Assembly: GCA_016748015.1 (NCBI GenBank)
Contig: JAAOMT010000003.1
Coordinates: 1,058,373 to 1,122,372, forward strand
DNA: 64,000 nt
Direction: 5' to 3'
From: Geosiphon pyriformis uo1
Taxonomy: Eukaryota > Fungi > Glomeromycota
Part shown: piece by piece, positions 53,911-64,000 of the stretch
Position numbering within the stretch: position 1 is the first letter of the stretch
Layout of the letters: each line of letters starts with the position of its first letter
Translations under genes and position numbers: made by a program
The notes under the pieces: generated by a model
Databases searched by the model: none
What the model saw: only the letters and a program-made list of their open reading frames with translations
What the model was told of the DNA's origin: nothing

Positions 53911-54331
53911 TATTTATGGTTAATGATGTCATGTCACCAACAAAAAACATGCAGGTCAAAAGATACTATATCTTTATAAAAAAGTGACCATCTAAAGATT
54001 AGATTAATATTAATTGAAAGTCTTTCTGAAAATGATAATATTTTGATGATTTATTACATGGTAACATGATTTTAATGATTGTTAATTGGCTAAAATCTGA
54101 TTGATCAATATCTGAAAATTAAAGATTAATAATAAAAGTGGCTAATTTTAAACTTTAATAACTTTATAAAATATATTATAATTCAAAAAATTAAACTGTA
54201 AATTTAAAAGAGAAGAACTTAATCTATCATATTTACAGTTTAGTTTTTTAATATTATTAAAATTAGAAGATTAGATACAATTTAAAATTATATAAATTGT
54301 TTAATAACTATAAATAGTTTGCACCATAGCA

Positions 54332-57150
54332 TAAAGTTCTATAATTAATTAAATATTTCAGAAAATAAGTACCAAAAACTATTTAATAACTGGCTTAAAA
54401 GCTTTAAAAACTGTGTTATATTGCATTTATTTTACTTTTATGGTAATGTATTATTAGTTAATATTAAATATATTGAAAATAAGTAAGTATATATAATAAT
54501 ATTTTTTGTTGATTAAAAGTTATATAATATTTTTAACATAAATAAAACTGTATTATTTTATATTATATTATTAAATTGAGATCTTACTACAATATTATAT
54601 TATGGTACCAAATAATCAAAGGTGCAACTAATACTTACTTTTATAATTAATGTTAATAGAACTAAACATTTGTTATTATTTATTATTGGTTATACTAAAC
54701 ATTTATACTGTTTCCAAAAAAAACAAGAAAACAACTTGGTTTTTAATATTATTCAAACACTTATACTTAGATAACTAGCTGTATAAAAAAAACCAAAATA
54801 TATTGTTATTAGTAAACAATTTTACTAATTACAATTATAATACAAAATTTATTATAAATATTTATGTAGAACAGTTTGTATTTAACTTGATAGTACATAT
54901 TCAGTTTATAGAGGTTAGAATTAGTTATTGTTTTAAGGCATATTACCATCACTATTTTTTTTTATGTATTAAATTTTTTTGATAATAGTATTAATAATAT
55001 TTATATAATCAACCAATTTTAAACAATGTATCTAATTTATAGAACATAGAAAAACATTTTAAATAAAATAATTGTTTATTGCTAACACAAAGTTGACATT
55101 TTTTTAATTAATATAAATAACAACTTTTAAGATAAAACTACAAACTTGGAAATAATAGATAATTACAATCAAAAAATAATATTAAAAAAAATTAAAAATT
55201 ATTACAAAGAGTTTAATTACATACAGTCAAATTATATATACTTATTAGTTAAAAAGTTGGTAAATTTATTTAAGAAAAATAATACAGTTACTTTAAAATA
55301 TCTAGATAATAATAGGATTAAAAATTATATAATAAATTGTAAAACAAAACATAATAACTTTAATAAAAAACAAAAAATACAAAAAGTAATAAGTATTAAA
55401 AATATATTAACTCTTATTATAAATTTTGAACAGATTATAAAACTTAAAAATAATAAGAAATTTTATAATGTAATTAGTAAATTTGTTTATATTAAATATA
55501 TACTTAATAAAAAAATACAAGATGAATAAAAACAAATAATTCTTACAAGTTTTTTTAATATTATATAAGCAATTTAAAAATTTTTATAAGAATATGCAAA
55601 TAAATTTATTTTTTAATAATATTATATCTATTTTTATTATATGTATACTATATATACTTAAACTTGAAAAAACTTATAATCTGTAATAATCTATAATAAT
55701 TTATATATATTAAAAATATAAGTTATCTCAGATTTGATTGTAATTTGTATAAAATTTTTTTTTATAAAAAATGGTTTTAGCTTATTAAAAAATATTTTAA
55801 TATTAAAAATTATTTGATTAAAATTTTTTATTTTAATTAATAAATATAAATTTATGTATTTATATTAAAAGTATTTATTATTTAAATTTAAACTACTTCT
55901 TATATTAAAGATTATAATTATATTATTAAGTACATATTAATAATAAATAATAATTTATATAATTTTGTTAATATATTTAAATTTAAAACTTTAAAATAAG
56001 ATCTTATAATATTATTTTTTGAATATTAAATTAAGTTTTCTATATAAAAATATTATTAATAAATTATAATATTTTTTTAAAAGTTAATAAACAAATAACT
56101 GAATATTTTACTTTCTATATATTGTTTATAAAATAGTTAAAAATAGCATAATATTTGTATTTTGTTGTAAAACAAATAAATATTGTAAATAATTAGTTAA
56201 AATAAATAAAATTTAATACAAATATTTAAAGTTATTTAAATAAGTTTAATATTTTAATATTTTTAAAATTTTAATATTAGTATAACAAATAGATTTATTA
56301 AAAATTTATATAATACCAAACAAATTTTTTTGAAATTAATAATTGTTAAAGTTAACAAAAACAATTTTTAAAAATTAAAAACATATAATTTAAAAACACA
56401 TATTTGTATTTTATAATAGTAATTAATTTTATTTTTGTTTATATATATTTAATATATCTTACAATATTATTTATTATTATTATTTTAAGATAATAATACA
56501 TTTAAATTATGGAATTTTATATTTAAATAATATTTATTTAATAGTATAATAAACAGAAAACAATAAATTTTTATTATTTTGCAAATTAAAAATTAATAAA
56601 GAATTATCTAAATAAAAAAACATTAAATTTCTTAATTATATTTAAATTTTTTAATTATATTTAAATCTATAATATATATTTTATATTATATAATACAATA
56701 AAAAATTAAATATAAAAAAGTATAAAAATTGATATAAAATATTATTTAACTTACTTTTAATTATGATAATTATGATCAAATATTGTTATAATCAAAAAAA
56801 TTTATTAAATTAGCATAAAAAAATAACAGTTATACTTATTAGATTAGTGTAAAATCAAAATTTATAAAAACTTTTCAAAATTCAAACCAATAATATAAAC
56901 AATAAAGATAAACTTAAACCAATTAAAAATTCACTAGTTTTATAATAAAAAAAATAGTTAAAAACCAAATATTATAAATTTATTATCAAAAAAAAATGAA
57001 AATTACATATATATATTTGTAATAGATGTAATCAATCAGAACATAATGGTATAATTTATCAAAATATTAAGTATTTAAGTATTTTTTATTTATACATTTT
57101 CTTTATTTAATTACTTAATTTTATTATTTTACCTATTCAAATAATGAATA
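54332..57150. repeat. Extremely AT-rich decayed block, origin unrecognisable
   Basis: Composition like 550-10391; no credible ORF. Confidence 0.5.
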
Positions 57151-57526
57151 AAAATTACATTAAACACATGATTATTACTTTTTCGTCCAATCAAAATTAT
57201 TATGTATCACGTTTTTTAATAACCAATCAAATAAAATTCTGCAATTTCCGGCCCTAGCCGAACTAATTTTCCGAGATAGTTCCTGGAACAGGGTGTTCCA
57301 TTTAGATTCATCCTTGAATAAAACTAAAATAGTATTCTAACTAAAAATAAGCTTGCGTTTAAGTTGTGGCACGTTTTAATTAAATATAATTCTTAATGGT
57401 AATGATCGTGATTTGCCATTGTTTCCATACTTAGAAAGGTATAATGATGTCATATAAGGTCTAACCATTCATAAAATTGTGATTAATAAATTTAAAGTTG
57501 CAAATCATATTTACGCGTCATAAACT

Positions 57527-60500
57527 ATGGCAACTCAAGATCCGGTCAGATTTTGTTGTGGAAAAAAGCTTCCTCTTTTGCAAGTCAAAAAAGAGACAGT
57601 AAATAAAGGAAGGTCATTTTTTCGTTGTGCGTCGTGCAATACCTTTGTTTGGGCTCAAGGACCAACAACTGTGGCTCAACAGTCATCGAGCCCAGGGCGA
57701 GCTGCAACTCAGTCGGCCAACTGGAAAAAGAGCACTGAACCTAACCCTCAAACGCAATTCAACCAGCAATTTCGAAACCAAGACAAAGGATTAGTAGATA
57801 TCTACTTCGAGATAAAGGATGAAAAGCATCTAATTGTGAGAGGATATCATGAAAAATTGGTGCCATATTGGCGTTCTTTGCCTTACGCAGTGTATAACGC
57901 TGGTGCGAGAGGTTGGGTTATACCCATTTCACAATATGAAGATTGTATTAATAAAATTGGCCAATTGAAAGATATAAAGCCAAACATCAAGAAATTCCCA
58001 GCAAACGTTGTCAAACTATTTTCAACTTTATTTCCTTCAGAGCAGCAAAAAATTGAAGTTGCACAAGCCATTAAAGAAAAATTAGGCGATCTGTGGGGGC
58101 TTCTTTTAAAATTTCAAAAAGAGGGTGTCATTCAGGCAGTATTGCGTGGTGGTCGCATATTGCTTGGCGATGAAATGGGCTTAGGAAAAACGGTCCAAGC
58201 TTTAAGTGTATGCTCATATTATTCCGAATGGCCTGTATTAGTAATTTGTCCATCAAGTTTACGCCAAACCTGGGCATCTGAAATAAAAAAGTGGCTAAAT
58301 ATGTCCGATTCTAAAGTTCAAGTCATTTTTCATGGAAGTGATAACCTTCGTATACCGTTACCGCATTTTGTTATTGTAAGCTATGATCTTTGCTCGAAAC
58401 TGAGCGAAAAGTTTCAAGATAAATTCCTAATGATCATAGCAGATGAGGCACATTATTTAAAAAACAAAGATGTGAGGAATTATTTTTAACTCCTTATATT
58501 TGCTGAGTTCTTCGTTAATTCACATCTTAACGTAATTTGTTATGCTGCTATAGTCTAAAAGGTCAAAGACCGCTATTGCATTGATCAAAGAAGCTAAAAG
58601 GGCATTGTTGCTAACAGTAAATATTTTTCTGCACGCTATTGTACCGACTACATCTAATATAGTTATTTTTTAATTTTACAAATTAATAGGGTACACCAGT
58701 AAGTATGGTCGATAGCCATGGTTTTTATTTTTGGTGCCAAAATTGAGAGTAATAATGTGTATTTCCCAATGTAAATAGGCACTTTCAAGGCCAAAGGAAC
58801 TTTTTGCCCCTTTGAATGCACTCGATAGCCGTACTTTTCCGATGTTTTCGCAATTCGGAATCCGTTATTGTGATGCAAAACCTCATTACTATCGAGGAAT
58901 GGATTATGACGGTGAAACGAGAATTCAATTGTATCTTATTTAAAGTTTTTAACCTTGTTACTTGCTAATTTTCTAATGGTAATAGGAAGTTCGAATCTTT
59001 CGGAACTTCATTGGATGCTCGAAAGAACAGTTTTGATTAGGAGACTAAAAAAGGATGTGGAGCTTGAACTGCCCCCAAAGACGCGCCAAATTGTGAAATT
59101 TGGTGGGTTCTTTCACTTCTTTGTTTTTAACATACTTCTATACCCAGCAGCTCAATAACGACTCGCCTTTTTCATTTGATTAAGAAATTGATAAGACTTA
59201 TATAAGAGAAATCGCTAAGCTGAGGAAGCAACAGAAACAGCTTCAAGCAGAATTAGGGATAGACGAAGGAAATAAAAGCATGACAATGAAATTAAAAAAG
59301 CTTTTGAACGAAATGGTAAATACGTTCCCAAAAGTAGATATATCATTTAATTATGATATGAAATTTCATGCACAATGAATTTTTTAGTACGAATTGACAG
59401 CTCATGCTAAAATCAATGGAGTGAAAGAATATATATCAGATATTTACTCTTCAACAACCCAAAAATTCCTCGTATTTGCGCATCATCAAGTCATGGTTAA
59501 CGCAATATCTGACCATTTGGCAAATAAGCTTGAGGTAGGGATATAGAATCACGAAACATGTGATAATTCATAATTAATTCTTCCAATATCAACATTTACC
59601 TTTTTTCAGGCCAAGTTCATTAGGATCGATGGTAAAACACCTGCAATTTCCCGGGAGGAACTTTGTGACCAATTTCAAGATGATGAAAACACGCGTGTTG
59701 CAGTATTATCTTTAACCGCTGCCAATGTAGGCCTGACTTTGCACTCAGCCGACTGTGGTATTATGAAATGTTTCTCGATTCTTTTAAAAATTTTCGTTAT
59801 TTTGCCTCATCTCACCATTTTTAGTATTATTTGCTGAGTTATACTGGAACCCTTCGAATCTTTTGCAGGTTGTAAATTTTTTTATCACTCACTTTTGATT
59901 TTTCAAACTCTGACTGAACTTTCTTTTCGTCACCATTTAGGCCGAGGATCGTGCACATGTGGGTTTCTTTGACCTTTTCTTATTATACTTATATTTTAAT
60001 GATGCAATCTTACCCATTAGTAATTCATAGAGGATTGGACGAAAAGACAATGTGGATGTAAAGTATATTTTAGCTGATGGAACAGCAGGTTAGTAGGATA
60101 TATTTTCATTTAATGTGTAAATATTTTCCTCTATAGATAATCTTTTTTTGTTTTATTAGATGACGTTCTTTGGAAACTTGTACAGAAAAAGCTTCGCATC
60201 GTTGGACAAATGCTAGATAATGGTTCTGATAAAGTGACGATGGAAGAAGGAACAACTTTTGGTCGAGATGACCAGACTCGTTTATGGGATTGGCTTGGAA
60301 ATCCTGGAACTGATAATCCCATTGACGATATGGTTGAATTCAACAAGGAGAGTGATACACCTCGTATGGTGGAATTTAATCAAGAGGGTAACAAGATTTG
60401 TAATCCTGAAGATGATGAAGTATTAGAATTGGACTTGGATAGTGGAATTATGGACGATGCCACACTTGGACCCCTCGAAAAAACGGAATCTTTATCTGGA

Positions 60501-61148
60501 GAAAAGGAAGACATAGCAATAATAGACTTTACACAGGGTGCTGAATTGGAAATTAAGAACAGGTAATTTCTTAAAGAAATATATAGCTAGTTACATCAAA
60601 GGTATTCGCGCGGGTTATTATCTTTTCCATTCAGTCTCTTGCCTGATCAAATCAAAACTAATTAGGATCTCTGATCGCTGACATCCTTTGGGTTAACACA
60701 ACATTTTCCAAGTTTGCCATTGCAGAATATGAAATACTGATATTCTATCCTCTATTAACAATGTTCAATAATGAATAATTTATTATATTTCAGACAATCA
60801 AATAGCCCGTTTGATTTTTGTGTCCAGTCCTCTGAAAAGCGAGGGGTAAAGCGTAAAAATTCAACAATTCCATCACCTAAAAAACGAGTTCTTTCGGAGT
60901 TTGAAAGACCTTATCCAAAATTCAGCAGTATTCAAAATTATGAAACAAGAGATTTAACAGACCCTGAAGTCGTACAAATATCAAAAGATCAGAATGAAGA
61001 ATTGCGGATACAGCTATCAAATATCACTGATTCCTACTGGGATGATGAGGAACCAGGGGAGTGGGAAACTCTCATAAAAAAATTTAAAGAGCACCCAATA
61101 AACCCTTCCGAATTTCACTCTCGCTTATTTCAAGGCCGAAATATCTAA
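57527..61148 (+). CDS. SMARCAL1: SMARCAL1/HARP-like SNF2 annealing helicase with an N-terminal GRF-type zinc finger; multi-exon
   Basis: HARP-like [24 protein letters not shown]; [27 protein letters not shown]; [14 protein letters not shown]; [11 protein letters not shown]; [15 protein letters not shown]; RYCDA; [16 protein letters not shown]; KFLVFAHH; IRIDG; [15 protein letters not shown]; [18 protein letters not shown]. The 3' end depends on acceptor choice. Confidence 0.85.
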
Positions 61149-61573
61149 ATAAATTTCAAGTAATTTTGAAGATACCGAGACGTTGGTCCAATGAGAAAAA
61201 AGCAGTAATAACCACAAACAATTAATTACAAGTTATTTGTTCGATAATTCTAATTTTACAGATAGTGGCTCATTTTAATGAGCTTTATCTTGAAAAGTTA
61301 AACTTAAAGCCTGGGGCATTTAATTGCCGAAGAATTCATAGAAGGCATCATAAATGTTCATTGTATAAACGTGTGTCCCCTTTTAGTTTTTTATTGAAAG
61401 ATTAGGGGAAAATATCGAAAGGTGGATGCAATTTTGAATTATAATGCTTAAATTATGAATAATTCGAGTTAGTTATTCGAATTACAGTATTATATTATTA
61501 CATTAAGTGAGATATGAAAATTAATTGAAATTTTTATATGGTTGTAAGTGGTGTCGAATTTTCGATGGCAATA

Positions 61574-64000
61574 TTATAATTGTTTTTTATTCCTGAATAA
61601 ACTCCGTAAGTATCCAATTGGTTTACCTAACCACGACAATCGCACGTGTAACAAAATTAGCCAAGTAATAAACCAGAGGGAGGAAAAATATACCACATAT
61701 GTATATCTAACCCCATAAAGAAGAGAGTAGCCAGTGATGATAGCTAAGATGGAGCTAGTTATGAATCGAGTTTTACTAAATCGATTCATTGAAATAAAAT
61801 AAAGCTTTATCAAAGATATTTTTTAAATATTTTCTTGACTTTTAATTTTATGAGTAAATTGAGCTTACCTTCCAGTCGTTCGAGGTAACATTTTACCAGT
61901 GGTGATAATTTCAACATAAATTATTATTGGAGAAATTGCGAATATATTGTGATCGGATGAAAAAGGCGCAAACCAATGTACAGACAGATTCCGAATCCAG
62001 ACCATCAGGACAGGAAGATTGAAGGGTAGAAGCATGAAAAGAAGCATAAGAATTGATTCAAGGTAGTGATAGTGATCCCATCGTTTTTGAATTTTGGGTA
62101 ATTTTCCTTGTTTACTCTATTAATAAATCATGCGTAAGTGCGATGTCCTTTGAGGAAATAAGAGAATAAGAGAATTCAACGGACTCACCATTGTTTGAGC
62201 ATCCATCAAGGAACGGACGCATGAGACAATGTGCACTAGAAAAGCAACGACAAAAGCGAACTGATAAGGAACGAAAGATACAACCAAAATAATAAGTATC
62301 ATTGTTGTAATGAGTCGACGCCAAGTTCTTGATATTTTTGATTCCTGGGGCCTAAATAACATGATAAATAAATATTTAATTTTTGATCAATAAAAAAAAA
62401 ATCTTTCTTTGACCAACCGGCTTATAAACTTCGCCAAAGACGGCCCCCTGCGGCTGACAAAATACGCAAGACCCGCAAGAATTCTCAAAACAACTGATAA
62501 AAGCACCCAGCAAAATGCTATCACACCAACACTCATAAGGAGAAACAGAGGTGGTAAAAACCAGAAGAAAGGATCTTGATTTCCTAATAATGTGTCGTTT
62601 ACATTGAAAGAAGCTTTCATGACCTTTTGCATGTCAGCCGAAGTAGAAGCCACAGGAAAGAGATCTGCGAGGGAATACGTTTTGGAGGCTCGAGTAACAG
62701 ATTGATAAATTGATAAGCCTGATACAATCAGAAGTAGAACAGGTAATGTTTGATTTATAAAAAGATTCAAAGCATTTCCAAAACCGAGAAAGGACGCTAT
62801 GGAAAAATAAGAGATTGCAGTTAAACAGGCAGGTACATAAACAACTTGAATATTATAAACAATTGAAGCTTACCGCCGCAATTATATTTTCTCAATTGCA
62901 CTCTGAGGGTCATTAAAACAATCATAAAAGGAAAGGCGATCAGAACGGTTTGAAATCGCATTACTATTTTACCCAAGCTTCCATATGTATCAAGTTCAAT
63001 ATCTAAAGATAAGGAAGATTGGCAGGTTGGGTCCACCCAGAATTGTAACTCAAGGCCTCTCCGTAAATGAGGTCCGCTAAAAGGTGTGACGAATGGCGCT
63101 TGACCATGGATATTTACATCAGCCTCTTTAACGTTTACGATAAATTTAGACTCGTACATTGATGAAATCGATTGGCGTACGAATGGGGCAAATAGCGGTT
63201 TCTCATTTGGAGCTTCAAAACATCATATTTCCAAGTTAGTACTAGTCCCCTAAAATAAGTTTCTTGAAGAATTTATGTTGATAGTCTAAAGGAATCTTTA
63301 CCAGAGCATTCATGGTGGCTAACAGACATTTTGTAAGTTAATAAACTGCTATCGATTATCGGAATTCGTAAAACTGAAACGAGGGAGTGATTCTCGGAAA
63401 TAGCCTCAAGATGAATACCTTCCATAATTAATTCTAACGGTTTTAACTTAAATTAGTAAATTTCTAGAAGTCCTCCAAAGTTATAAATTTATAAAGAAAT
63501 TCACAACCTTTCATGGAAGTTTCAAGGGACAATATGGTTGATTGCTCGTCATAAAATTCAGCCAACAAGAAACCATCTACCTGGCTTCTATTTTCATCCA
63601 TAATACTAATGTACTGGTAGTTACCCAAATCTTTGACTTTTAATTTCAAAAAATTAAAAGTTCTTCTCGAGAATGCGTCTCGGTCATCATTTCGGGATGC
63701 GGGCAGGACTACTGCGTCACCTGACGCTATATGACATGTTAATCGAGGAGCAGTAGGTAAGGCTAGCTCAGTTGCGGTAAGATTATCTGGATTGTTCAGA
63801 ACAAGGACCTCTGTGTGCATAATGTCACATAACAGTACATCGACATGAGAAAATTTTCCGAGGTTTTGATCCGTCAACAAGGAAAATGTATTCAGGGTGG
63901 AATGTGGAGCTGTTGGAGGTATGGGCATCAGATGCAATTTGGCGCTAGATCCTAACCTTTTCAAAACAAGCCTTTGTCCCATGCTCAAAAATGTGTGCAG
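61574..64000 (-). CDS. BST1: GPI inositol-deacylase Bst1/PGAP1, C-terminal (membrane) part; 5' part lies outside the window
   Basis: MYESKF..VNIHGQAPF..GLELQFWVDP..YGSLGKIVMRF; LLGNQDPFFWFL; RRLITT..FVPYQFAFVVAFLVHI; LPFNLPVLMVWIRNLSVHWFAPFSSDHN; YSLLYGV. Confidence 0.85.

Larger units (their letters stand above)
48687..54331 (-). mobile_element. Decayed IS630/Tc1-superfamily-like DDE transposon with ~30-bp TIRs, containing a solo LTR and a probable passenger gene
   Basis: Inverted repeats TGCTATGATGCAAACCATTTATAATTATCAAA (48687) and reverse-complement TGCTATGGTGCAAACTATTTATAGTTATTAAA (54331). Transposase relic at about 48900-51001 (LRKKGNRRSIMISEFL, YWTADYFLKQIKCKAIPIFE..FAFNNSSNY, FPKFHCKLNFIE). 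No clean TSD was seen. Confidence 0.7.

Overview
Eukaryotic, intron-rich fungal DNA. The gene content, 60-80 nt introns and TE types suggest Mucoromycota/Glomeromycotina; this is an inference. Two CpG-retaining gene islands (about 17.8-30.3 kb and 57.5-64 kb) sit among C>T/G>A-decayed transposable elements and extremely AT-rich relic blocks. Genes: LSM3, a disordered DFG-motif protein, OHCU decarboxylase, CNS1/TTC4, a SMARCAL1-like helicase with an N-terminal GRF zinc finger, and the 3' part of BST1/PGAP1. TEs: a full-length RNase H-bearing LINE with a 16-bp TSD, LINE 3' fragments, an internally deleted Tc1/mariner element, a nested stack (57-bp tandem repeat > Tc1 > solo LTR > dUTPase-carrying Gypsy), and a DDE transposon that appears to carry a decayed spliced passenger gene. 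The best candidate for an undescribed system is 23.0-28.7 kb. It holds an intact 9-exon gene (about 570 aa by my splice model) with a divergent PD-(D/E)xK-like C-terminal domain. The gene's only long intron is filled by a 253-bp higher-order repeat of seven ~36-nt subunits, each able to fold into a G-U-dependent hairpin only on the transcribed strand. A deletion-riddled DHR1 copy lies divergent to it, and a 9-bp direct repeat brackets the whole block. All assignments come from reading the sequence by eye; no searches were run.
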